A stretch of DNA of 63,582 nucleotides, counting the filler, from Gonapodya sp. JEL0774 (taxonomy: Eukaryota), in the NCBI GenBank assembly GCA_027604505.1. It is 49 parts of 49 records of this genome, joined end to end, with 100 filler letters (N's around TTAATTAATTAA, not from the genome) between each part and the next. Parts side by side here need not be neighbours in the genome. Positions count along the whole stretch, not along the records: positions 50,774 to 51,966 come from JADIIX010003632.1; positions 52,067 to 53,258 come from JADIIX010003633.1; positions 53,359 to 54,550 come from JADIIX010003634.1; positions 54,651 to 55,841 come from JADIIX010003635.1; positions 55,942 to 57,132 come from JADIIX010003636.1; positions 57,233 to 58,423 come from JADIIX010003637.1; positions 58,524 to 59,714 come from JADIIX010003638.1; positions 59,815 to 61,004 come from JADIIX010003639.1; 41 more parts are not named here. One strand, written 5' to 3'. A program made the translations under genes and the position numbers. Under the pieces are notes generated by a model. The model was not told where the DNA came from and made no database searches. It saw nothing but the letters and a program-made list of their open reading frames with translations. Numbering within the stretch: the first letter of the stretch is position 1; every line of letters starts with the position of its first letter. Positions 50,674 through 62,393 of the stretch are shown one piece after another.

Positions 50674-52066
50674 NNNNNNNNNNNNNNNNNNNNNNNNNNN
50701 NNNNNNNNNNNNNNNNNTTAATTAATTAANNNNNNNNNNNNNNNNNNNNNNNNNNNNNNNNNNNNNNNNNNNNGTTCCCGGAACGGTCTCTATTGCAGCG
50801 ACGCTGAACCCCGAAACTTGTGGAGATACAGTCGAGTCCGGGACGCGCTCCGCTCTGGCAGAATCTTCATCCGAGGGCGATGGTACCGACTCAAATGCAG
50901 ACATATAGTATTCGAGAATCGCCAGGCACCAGACCGCCGAAAGTTGACTTTGCAGGGCACAGTCCCTGCACACGATCATGCAGAAGCCAGTCTCAGTCTG
51001 CCAAACTGCCACAGACTTCGGGCAAATATATAAAAGGTCACGGGCTTTGTTTTGGCAGACATAATGATAATCTCCGAAGTGCGGCCTCCTAGTCCACGAT
51101 ATTACTCATTGTAGAATGCGCTACAAGTGCCAGAAAAATGTTCTCCTTCCAAATGTTTCTATATTGCAGCATCTGCTTTTGCACAGAAATGAAAACTTCT
51201 GTCGGTTTTCGATCTGATCTCGATGACGCCGGTGCTCTCTGCCCATTCCCGAAAATCGAGCATCGCTTTCTTGTATCCAGACCTCCTGTAGCTCTCGACA
51301 CCCGTTCCATAGTGATGTTGTAGTTCTGCCTGGTGAGCAAGCCCTACCAATCCTAGAAGACGCAATTCAAATCGCAAGACGCAAAGGGGAAATAGTATGC
51401 GGATCATCACTCACCATATAGATCCATGAAACGTAACCATGGATCACGGGTTTCTCGAAATTCAAAGAGAATCTCGAGCATTCGTCGGTATGTGTGGCCA
51501 AGACACTCGCGAGGCGAGCTGCTCGAACCGCTGGAGCACATTGGCGCAATGGGACTTCAACTCCACTGGTCAGAAAAACTAAGAGTGCTCGTGCCTTACT
51601 TATCATGGAGTGATCCATGGTTGAGGTTTGATGCTGAGGCGTGTTGTGCGCACGTACAAGAACATGTTGACGTGACTATAATAGGTTCAGGTCGTGGTGC
51701 AAGAGCAACATGGGATGAAACGGTCGCAAAGTTTCAAAAATTTTGTCGCTTCATCAGTCTGGAATGGGGATTATGTGAGAATGAATCTCACCTGTCCGAC
51801 CCACTATAGTGCTTTCCGGTGATACGTTGTCGGTGATCTCATGGCCGATGCTCTGTAACATGTCAACATCATGGAGCTCCGTTCTGCTTTCTATGTTGAT
51901 ATCACAACTGCTAACTACCGAAAAGGGGCTCGCACGTGATGGGGGAGGTGAGGTTCGTTTTCCGAANNNNNNNNNNNNNNNNNNNNNNNNNNNNNNNNNN
52001 NNNNNNNNNNTTAATTAATTAANNNNNNNNNNNNNNNNNNNNNNNNNNNNNNNNNNNNNNNNNNNN

Positions 52067-52298
52067 CACCGAATGCGGACACGCCAGCAGAATTCGCCGC
52101 ACCACTCGAAGGTCTCTGCTGTCCGAATGCGCTGGCTGCGGAGCTCCCGAACGCAGAGCCTCCGAATGCAGAGGTCGTTGATCGTATAGACCCGAATGAA
52201 CTCTGCGGATTCCCGTTTCCAGGCATCACGTGCGGGTATCTACACTGATCGCCGAATCGGCATGTGCCCGAAAGGAAGTATCGACAGGGCTCGGCCAT
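52067..52298 (-). CDS. CCCH-finger FG nucleoporin (Nup42/NUPL2/Amo1-like), N-terminus
   Basis: CRYFLSGTCRFGDQCRYPH followed by SAFG repeats. Confidence 0.75.
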
Positions 52299-52683
52299 CC
52301 CTTGATTGATGTTGAAACGGATGTAATGGTCGGGAAGTTTTGGAAGCTTGAGGACTCCATCCTTGCAATTTTCATCACATACGTTTATTGCGATCTATAA
52401 ACCAACAATCTTGAATAAACGAGTTGCCTGAAGCCATAATGGCGTTCTCATGCATGTGCGACCGACAGGCAGTTCCAACGGCAAGACCAATTGTGGACAT
52501 TTGATGAAGACCACACAATGAATCCAGGATATTTGCTTGTCCAAGGTTCCATTCTGAAAGAATACGGATAAAAGTGACTATCGTATGAACTTCGCAATGC
52601 TCAAAATGAAGATGTGTGGCTCTCTTTACACCACTGCACAATTTGCATGACCGGAAAATGATATTTTACATGTATCAGAAACA

Positions 52684-53258
52684 CTACAGAGTGAGATCTT
52701 GTAGGCGTTCCGCGATACTGAGCTGTGTTCGAGTAAGATTCGCCAGGTACACCACCGTGAGCAGATCCTAGCCGAGAGTAGTGTGAATTGATGAATTGAT
52801 ATTCGTCAGTGAAGTACAATTGCGCATGGTTTCGGAGATTCGCTGGAAAGAGAGACACAAAACCTACCTGCATGTGCTCTGCTAAAGTGCTCTCGAACTC
52901 CGCGGCGTCGATCCTGGGAACCGACAGAACGGTGTCCATTAAGTGACGCCCTAGCACTGGGTTACCTTCGATCTCCCCTTTCTGTAATTCATGATTGAAT
53001 GTTAGGCAGAATTGAGTGGGAGAACGCCGAGACACAGGTGCCTACAGTTACTCTCTCAACATAGTCCGAAACCTTGTTCAGCATACTCTGCACTTGAACA
53101 ATCGAGCGCTCCAGATTATCCACATCGGAGAGCATGGCGGCTGTCTCATCTGGGTTTCTCCGCGCTGTGGCGACGACATCGACTGAAATTGTTGGAAATT
53201 GTAAAACAACCGGTGTGAAGCATGATTAACGATGATCCGATAGTGCGACACAGAGAGC
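52684..53258 (-). CDS. EIF3F: Translation initiation factor eIF3 subunit F, C-terminal exons
   Basis: MLNKVSDYVERV / GRHLMDTVLSVPRIDAAEFE...HMQ / DLLTVVYLANLTRTQLSIAERL. Confidence 0.88.
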
Positions 53259-53358
53259 NNNNNNNNNNNNNNNNNNNNNNNNNNNNNNNNNNNNNNNNNN
53301 NNTTAATTAATTAANNNNNNNNNNNNNNNNNNNNNNNNNNNNNNNNNNNNNNNNNNNN

Positions 53359-54550
53359 ATTCACTCGTTTATCAATCACACTTTCCATTTCGTAAGCAAT
53401 ATCACCAGCTTGATCTACACCAATTGGTGTTACCATTTCATCACTTGGCATCTCTGAAGGTGGTTTTGCGAGATCTACATCATCACGCACAACAGGTACC
53501 AATGCTACAGCTGATGCATCATTCAGTATTCGTGGGTGGGCTACAATTTTTCGAAGACGCTGAACATGCGCCGTAGTCTCTGCACCAGTATACAAGTGTC
53601 GTACTTTATACGTCACTGGAGAAACCTCTTCAACAATACGATAAGGACCAATCCATCGTGATATCAATTTGGTACTTTTGCCCTCGCGGTGGGCTTCTTC
53701 GTAATATACCATCACAATATTCTCAGGCCCAAAATGAGTGTCAAAATGCTTTGCATCATAGATCAATTTGTGCTTTTCAGCGGACTTCACTAAGCACTCA
53801 TGCAGTGCTGAATATGCTTTTGACAACATCGCAGAGATTGGCAAGTGAGGCTCAAGATCATACTCAACATTCAATCTGCGATCTCTATGTGACAGGCCAG
53901 ACATAACGTCTGTCGGCATACGTGGATCACGTCCCATTGCCAAGAAAAATGGAGTATCACCCGTTGTAGAGTGAACACGCGATAAATATGCAAACATTAT
54001 CGACGGTAGTGCTTTGTCCCAATCAGATTGGTTTTGATCATTTACATACGCGGTCAATGCGTCACCCAATGGTTTCATAAAGCGTTCCGCATAAGGATTT
54101 CCTTGCGGGTGATGTGGCGATGTAAAAGTTTGTTCAAAACCCAAGCGTAGGGCCAACGCCTTCATCAGATCATTGTGGAAAGCAGATCCACGGTCAGAAT
54201 GTAAACGTCGGAAGATTCCATACCGGCAAATCCAGTAATTATACAAGGCAAGCGCTGTCGTTGCCGCTGTAGTGTCAGTGACAGGAATTGCCTCGGCAAA
54301 TCTCGTAAACATATCAATAACAACTAAAATGTACTGATCTCCACGTTCAGTAACAGGAAATGGTCCAATATGATCGGTCGCAATGTCTTCCCACGGTTGC
54401 GCCGTTGAAAAATCAAATGGCTGTAAAAGCCCATGCCGACGTGGCTTTGCAGGCTTCCGACTTTGGCAAGTCAAACAGCTTCCAACCCATTCACGAACGT
54501 CACGGCTCATTCCTTGCCAATAGTAACGTCCAAACAAACGTCGCAACATA
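53359..54550 (-). mobile_element. pol: Ty3/Gypsy integrase (zinc-finger CxxC, DDE core, GPY/F motif, start of chromodomain)
   Basis: YYW...CLTCQ, IATDHIGP, LHSDRGSAF, HPQGNPYAER, WIGPYRI and YEMESVIDKR. The frame is uninterrupted. Confidence 0.95.
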
Positions 54551-54696
54551 NNNNNNNNNNNNNNNNNNNNNNNNNNNNNNNNNNNNNNNNNNNNTTAATT
54601 AATTAANNNNNNNNNNNNNNNNNNNNNNNNNNNNNNNNNNNNNNNNNNNNTATATGGTGAATCTGCGGACCCGTTCACGTAACAAACTACAGCACT

Positions 54697-55841
54697 CACT
54701 GGCATACTCATTTGGATCATAATCCACCCCCATCTGCTTGAAGCTGTCCCCCAAGTCAACTACTTTGCTTGGCGGAGCGCAGCAGCTCTGGAGACTGACG
54801 TCTTGAGCTGTGGAGGTCGTAGAGGATGGTGTTGCAGTTGTTGGTGCGCAGCAGGAGGAAGCAGTCGCCGTGGTAGCTGGAGCGCAGCAGGAGGACGAGG
54901 CGGAGGGCGAGGATGCAGGGGCACAGCACGCCGTGGTGCTTTGATCGTCACCGACGATTTTGTTGTACACGTTCAAGTCTACTCCCTTGGGGACGATTTT
55001 GACTTCCGAGAATCCTGCGTCCCTGAGCATCTGATCGTAGTCATCGGCAAGTAGAGCACCAGAAATACATCCGACATAGGCCACCAAGGATTCCTTGATA
55101 CCTGGGGGAAGCGTCCTGCGCAGAGCTATGTCGGACGCGACGAGACGACCCCCAGGTTTCAGAACGCGGAAGATTTCCTTGAAGGCACGGGCTTTGTCGG
55201 GGCACTAGAAATTGACAGCGCGTGATCTAGCTTGCGGATACTCTCACATAAACCACGACTCTCACCAGGTTCAGCACACAGTTGCTGATTGCACAGTCAA
55301 TCGAGTTGGTGGCGACATCCATGTCCTCGATAAGGCACTGAACGAACTCGACATTCTTGTAACCACCCTTGAGTGCATTGCGGCGAGCAAGCTCAATCAT
55401 TTCCTGAAGACCCACAGGTGTTTTCTCAGCGTGGTGACAAAATCAGTAAGATTCAAGTTTTCATCTACTCACAGGAGTCATATCCACCCCGATGACTTTT
55501 CCATTCTCACCAACTCTCTTTGAAGCAAGGAATACGTCGAGTCCACCGCCGGAGCCGAGGTCAAGGACCGTTTCACTGGCACGAAGGTTGGCTGTTTGCA
55601 CGGCTGTCGGTGACATGATGGGTGACGGGAGAGTTCAGGTTGGGAACAGCCATAAGAAAAAAAAAGAAAACCTACCATTTCCACAGCTGAGACCCACTGT
55701 TTATATTGTTAATACACCGTTGCAATGTGAAAAATCGGACACACTTGACGTGACCAACCACTCACTGTTCGCAGACGGAGGAAGGCTCTCCAGCTCTTCC
55801 ACAGAGTATCCCATCGCCTGGGCTATGAGGTTCGCCTTTTG
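54697..55841 (-). CDS. arsM: Arsenite S-adenosylmethionine methyltransferase (ArsM/AS3MT), multi-exon
   Basis: [45 protein letters not shown] and YVGCISGA. Confidence 0.93.
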
Positions 55842-56443
55842 NNNNNNNNNNNNNNNNNNNNNNNNNNNNNNNNNNNNNNNNNNNNTTAATTAATTAANNN
55901 NNNNNNNNNNNNNNNNNNNNNNNNNNNNNNNNNNNNNNNNNGTTTCTCAGACTTCAAAACCAGCAGCCGGATGGATTGACTGACGTCAGGCTCGAGCATT
56001 GCGGGATGTTTGAAGAATTCTCCGACCAATTCAAGTTTCAGCTCCGCTCTTTATCGATTACGCTGGAATAGTATGGGGAGACAAAGCAATGTGTAGTGAC
56101 GTCATCATTCCATCACTCGTTGAATCAAGCCGGTAATTTCGTGAACCAGCAGCTAACGCCATATCCTAGGCAACAATCATGGGACAGTTCCACGCAGCAA
56201 TCCGAATCTCATACTGGGACAATTCCACTCAGCAGCTTCCCCAGGGGGGAAAACATGAGTGATCAAAACACTGTCCCCAAAAAAGAAGCGAGAAACAAGT
56301 TCCGAGCGCACGTGCAATAGAGGAGAGTGAGTACGTTGGCGCTCGGTTTGGTTGGAAATGTTGGAAAAGACAGGTTGCTGTGGTCACGACCCAGGGGACA
56401 CTTCCTTTCGTTCACAACCAACTCTCAACAATCTTCCTGCAGC

Positions 56444-57132
56444 ATGAATCGGATTAGTCGAGTCAATCGAGTCTTTGCGACTTCGAACTCGAGCAGAGTC
56501 GATTCTTTTACCCGTGGTGTGATCGATCACTCGAGCAATGCGAACTTGATCGACCAAAAGACGATTCGTTCGTCATCTGTCTGCGGCTCGTTTTCCTCCC
56601 GAACTTGTTCAGTTTCACAATGGAATCGATTGCATGCGCCGAAGTCGCTGTCTGTTTCTCATCTCCTCCCAACCAGCCCGCTGGTTTCTCGAACCTCGCG
56701 CTCAAGTTCCCGTCCACTTTCATCGGTCCGATCACCCCCAAACTCCTCCAACCGACCGCCACCATCAGACACGTGGACATTCCCGCTGGCTGCGGGTGCC
56801 ACGGCAGCTGCTGCTTACTACTACTATGAAAACTACTGGTTGCCTGGGTCACAGAATCGCACTTCCTCCTCTTCTTCAGTACCCACGACCTCACCCACCA
56901 ACACCATCACCGACCCTCCACTCACTCACGCACAAGTAGATGAAATCTTGCACAAGAATCAACGCACTTTCTATCCTAAGAACGCTTCCCCGATCACCCG
57001 CGTGGATGTCAACCAAGTCCCGTCCAACGACCCCATCGAGGATTACTACGACCTACGGATCGTCATTCCAGGAACGGAACCTTCTCCACCGTCTACTCAG
57101 TCTTCGTGGCTCCCTTGGCCATTCTCCTCCTC
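56444..57132 (+). CDS. Mitochondrial PP2C / pyruvate dehydrogenase phosphatase (Ptc5-like), N-terminus
   Basis: Arg/Ser-rich presequence, then QVDEILHKNQ...RVDVNQVPSNDPIED. Confidence 0.75.
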
Positions 57133-60100
57133 NNNNNNNNNNNNNNNNNNNNNNNNNNNNNNNNNNNNNNNNNNNNTTAATTAATTAANNNNNNNNNNNN
57201 NNNNNNNNNNNNNNNNNNNNNNNNNNNNNNNNAAGGATCGCAGTTTGCCAATGCTCCGTAAAATCGGGAATGTATTCCCGCGCGGGCGCCATGTCTGTTG
57301 GTTGAGAAAATACAGCTCCATCGAATGGTGATACGAGCGCGGTTTGCCAGTTGTCAGGAACTGCCGATGTGGACCCAGGCGTGTCTTCTCTCCAGATTGG
57401 AGAGGCCAATGGAGACAAGTTGGGTTGGACGCGTGTTGTTTTCCAAGCCCCGGGGATTCCCGTGACGAGGGCGGTCCCGTCGTCGCGCGAATCGGCGGAT
57501 CCATCAGCGGCGTTTTTCTCAAGAGCCGATGTAATTAATTTGAAAAACTCCGCGATAGGGAGCATCTTGCCGGCCCCTTGGGGTGACACAACGTTGAGTG
57601 GTGTGGCTTGAGGGAGGTCTGTCTTATCCCGGCTGCTGTGGTCCTCCTCAATGGGACACACCTCCAAAGCACAACACGATTGGCTCCCATCCACGAAAAA
57701 TCTTATAGTTCATACATTCGTCGTTTGACAATTAAATCGGCATAAGAGCTTGTAGTGGCCAAATTGCAAGCATTAATGCATCCCAAGAGGATGTAAATGT
57801 GTTGTTGTATTGCACTATTCAGCAGTTTGTGAATGGGTCCTCCGTTTCAGCTCCGTGGGGATTTTCGCAAAACAGCCATCAGTCCTTCGAAGGCAATCCT
57901 CGACAGATCACCGGTTTAATAATTGCACTTTCCACTCGAGTCATCCTCGACATGGCAAAAAGGCAGCCCCCTGCGACAACAAAACGAATTAAAATGTAAT
58001 GAATGGATGGATTGATGAACGGAGGAATGAATGAATGGATGAAAGAACAACGAGGACGGCCCACAAAAAAACAATCCCCATCACGACAGAGTGGACCCTG
58101 GAACCAAACAACCGAAACAATGAACCTCGGCCTTCGACCACTGACCCTTGCGCGCCTTTACGCCCCCTGCCCCCTGTCTCGGCACCCTTCGTGTCCCGCG
58201 TCTCACCCTCCTTCCGCTGGACCGTTCCTTTCCTTTCTTTCCTTTTCTCCCCGTACCGCACTTTACCCTATGCGGCGCCGTTTCCACGACTCATCCCTCA
58301 GGATTGGAGGACTCGAGGTGTGACAGGCCAAGTCTAGTAGTCGGGCGGTGGATCGGTGGGGCAGTCAGGTGGTGGGTCGGGATGCGATGCGGCGGATCGG
58401 GGAGGAGAACACCGCGGTGGCACNNNNNNNNNNNNNNNNNNNNNNNNNNNNNNNNNNNNNNNNNNNNTTAATTAATTAANNNNNNNNNNNNNNNNNNNNN
58501 NNNNNNNNNNNNNNNNNNNNNNNACATCCACCACCGCCACCTCCTCCAGCGTCGCGTCGTTCCCCTCCCGAGCGCGGCCCACCTCACTCACCGGGCACCC
58601 GCACCCGCACCCGCACCCGTTACCTCCCGCAAGTCCCGTGCCCTCCATCCGCTCACAAGACTTCCCCGACCTGTGCTCGGACGAAGGGGTGGTGAGGACG
58701 CTGGTGGTGGGGTTTCCGGGCGTCGGAAACGGAGACGGGGACGGGGTCGGGGCCGGGGTGGTGCGGGGCGCCGGTGCGATACCCGCCACCCCCACCAGCA
58801 CCCCCCCCACCACGGCCCCCCCCGCCACCTCATCCCGCGTCGTGACCGAAGTCTCCGAACAGGACTGTCGCACCATGTGTGGCGTACACGGTATAGACCT
58901 CGTCGACGTCGACGTGGCCGATCCCCCTCCCTTTCCCCATCCCGCACCTCCCTCACCCTCACCGCACCCTCCTCCACCATACTTGGGCCCAAAACGCCTC
59001 TCCCGCCGCGCAGGGTTCCTCCAGGGATCGGGAAGGATGAAGTGTCTCGTGGTGGGGATACGGTACGGGGGGGGTGGTGGGGAGGGAGAGGGGGAGGGGG
59101 GGTTGGAAGGTGGGTTGCCGGGGGGGTGGGGGTGGGGGATTGGGAGGGTGGGAGGGGGGGATGGCACGGGACGGGTGAACCGGTCGGACGGTCGGCGCTT
59201 GGCAGGGTGGCGGGTTCGGTGGCGCCCCAGGGTCGCGTTGTTTGTCTGGTTGTTGGACCGTTTCACGGTTTGGTTTGTGGGCGAGGATGTTTTCTTTCTT
59301 TCCCCCCCACCCCCCCTTTTTTTTTGTCAGCCTCGTTGTGGGAACATGGTACGGGCCGTACATCGTGGCTCGTGTGTCGTGGGGTGCGGTACATCATGCC
59401 CCACCGCCCCGTTCACCCTTTCCCTTTCCCTTCTCCACCTTTCCCTGTTCCCCCTACCCCCTCCCACCCCCCCAAGCCCCCCACCACGACGCCCACGACG
59501 TGACCACCTGGCTCCGCGAGTGCTACGACGTGGAAGAGTCGGTGCGTTGCGTGGCGCCGCGAAACGGGACGGGAGGCGGGCACAGGGGGGGGGGGGACCA
59601 TGTGGGCACCCGTGGCGGACGCTCACCCATAACTTGGCGGGGGGGGGGGCGGGGGGGGGCGGGGCCGCGGGCGGCGCGACGCGCGCGGGGGTGGGGGGGG
59701 GGGGGGGGGGGGGGNNNNNNNNNNNNNNNNNNNNNNNNNNNNNNNNNNNNNNNNNNNNTTAATTAATTAANNNNNNNNNNNNNNNNNNNNNNNNNNNNNN
59801 NNNNNNNNNNNNNNAGACGGAGAACAAAGTTTTCAAGTGCGACAGCAAGCGCCGGAATACGAGAGGCGAGGACGGCCACAAGGTCATCGTAGGTGTTCGG
59901 CTCTGTACCGGGGCGAAAGATGAGAACCTGTGGAAGGGGATGCGTGCGAGAAAGGACTTGAGAAATGGGAGTCCCAAATAGGTATACACGTTTGACGTGA
60001 CCGAGACACACCTTGACACCATCCAAGCCGTACTCCAGCCGCAGAGTTCGTGCGGCAGTCATATAAAGCTTTATTCGCGGCTTGAAAAATGATAATCAGA

Positions 60101-61104
60101 ATCGCTGATGTCTTCACCGGTTTCGGTCTTTCGGCAGTGTGGAGGACAGGGAAAACGGTCATACTTTGGTGTTGTAGGGAATACTTCTCCATGAATCCAT
60201 TTTTGGAAAACACGGAATTATTGCGAGCTGGATACACATTACCGCAGTTAAATTGTGGAAATTATTTTGAGCGCGCCAATACTCGCTCTGACTTCTCGAT
60301 TCTTCGACCGGTGGCCGTGATTGAATGTCTCCATAACCTCAAATAACACAAACACCTCCCAAGAACACGACTAACGCAAAACGGCTAATAGTAGGGATTC
60401 AAACTGCAAGTCGTTGCATTGTATTTTGAACGCGAGTTTTTGTCGTGGGACACATACCGCCACCACATATTACTGTAACACCAGGACTCAGCGCTTTACC
60501 CATATCATATCGTCACATTGAAACAATTGACTTGTAGATGGGATGCATATTCAAGAGCACGTTTCATAACTAATGAGCCTGAACTCGCGTTTACCCAAAA
60601 TATGGCTTCGCTCCCGTCTTCGCCCATGATGATCATTAGCAAAAGTAATAAGAAACTAAAGACCTCTAACCTGGGAGTAGTAACAATTAAATCAAGGCAT
60701 GAAAGGTGCACTGGTCGGCTTACTTATGACGATGATCGGTCCTTGATCACCAAAACCCAACACCCACGTCAACACGAGAGCTGAGACCTTTGCGTTGACC
60801 ATCAGGAAGAGATAGTGCCTGGAAACCGAACATCTTTAGACGCTTAAGCCAGTGCAGGTAAACGCGAGGCCGTAAGCAGAGAAGCGGGCACATGCGGGGC
60901 CTTCCTGTTCTCTCGGAGACGGAAGGTTGGGAGGAAGAAGGACAGGACCGCAAAGACACGGGAAGCGCCCGACGGGAACATAGAATATCCAGTAGAAACG
61001 TGTGNNNNNNNNNNNNNNNNNNNNNNNNNNNNNNNNNNNNNNNNNNNNTTAATTAATTAANNNNNNNNNNNNNNNNNNNNNNNNNNNNNNNNNNNNNNNN
61101 NNNN

Positions 61105-62293
61105 GTGTGGGGCAGGTTTCGGAGAATTGCCGGTCATTGAGCCTCCAGGTATCGAAACAGATCCGGACTTGGTTTCGTTCAGGGCCAATCCACATTGAGT
61201 AAGGTAGTGCTTCAGAGCGGCGTATCCGGCGTCTAATATCACTGGTTGATGATGCCATAGGTAAATGTCGTCTACGACCCGAGCGACACGGATGTTTCCC
61301 TTCGTTGCTCGGAGAACGGCGACATCCATCCCGAACAGGATAAGTTCGGATGCCAGTCGAGAAAACGCATGAGCGAGCAACACGCCGCGTTGAAGCATGC
61401 GAGGTTTGGCGTCGCCAGGGGCTCCGAGCATTACAGTCGGAGTCAGGAAACGCTTGAAGAAGGAGAGCCAGTGACCAGGTATTCCGATGGTCTCGAGAAC
61501 TGACAGAATGCAATGATGTGCGTTATAAAATCCCAAACGCGAACGGGAAACGTCTAGTCTTGCACTCACACTTGAGAATCAGTGGATGTGGTATGGAGAG
61601 GTAAAAGTCCTATGTTTAAGATATTCACATCGTTGGAATGCAAAGATCAATTCCAAATTAGCCCATTTCATTATCTGACCTTGATATCCACGGAGATCAC
61701 CGTGTTTGCCATCCCGGGTGCGGTTGCCCATTTTGTCAGCGCCACCTCCGCAGCGACGAGATCCAGAGTTTTCTCCTTCTTCGTCTTGTCCGTCTTTTTG
61801 GAAGTGGACCCACCCTTGTTTCCGTACGCGGACGCCGCTTCTTGCATTTCGATGCTGGCAGGAAGGGAGCAACAGAAAAGCTCCGAACGCAACGCATCGC
61901 GCGGCTGTATGACGTTGCCCCAGTTGAATGGAATGGGAACATCTTTGATCGTCTTCTTGATGAGAGCGTCCCAGAAGCTCTTGAGAGCTGCCCGTATGGT
62001 GACACCCCAGCGAACTCCGATAATCTAGGGAGAGCAGCGCACGTACGAGCTCAGAAACGATTGAGTCGTCCCGTGCGCAGTTAGATCAAGACAATCCTCA
62101 CTTGTAGCAAGATTGCAGTCAACACATCCTCGTCAATGAACGGTCGAAACTTGAAGCTCCTGTTTCTCCTCACCCTCATTGTGAGAGCCGCTCCTTCCTC
62201 ACGCGGCCAGTCCCATTCATCAATGTGGTCGATGATAATGGAGACACACCCACAGTACTCGTTGCATAGGGCGTCAGAGGCGAGGATGTCTTT
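61105..62293 (-). CDS. rvt: Cellular reverse-transcriptase-related rvt protein, RT core (exons 62293-62102, 62024-61680, 61609-61570, 61499-61105)
   Basis: Three GT-AG introns splice in phase to give EWDWP...RRNRSFKFRPFIDEDVLTAILLQIIGVRW...LFCCSLP...TVISVDIKDFYLSIPH...WLSFFKRFL...RGVLLAHAFS...ELILFGMDVAV...RVVDDIYLW...GLALNETKSGSV. This follows the rvt family motif order. Confidence 0.88.
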
Positions 62294-62393
62294 NNNNNNN
62301 NNNNNNNNNNNNNNNNNNNNNNNNNNNNNNNNNNNNNTTAATTAATTAANNNNNNNNNNNNNNNNNNNNNNNNNNNNNNNNNNNNNNNNNNNN

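Noticed and set aside
58524..59714. Several long overlapping ORFs on both strands
   Set aside because: GC-rich low-complexity DNA with poly-G runs lacks stops by chance, and no family motif was recognised.
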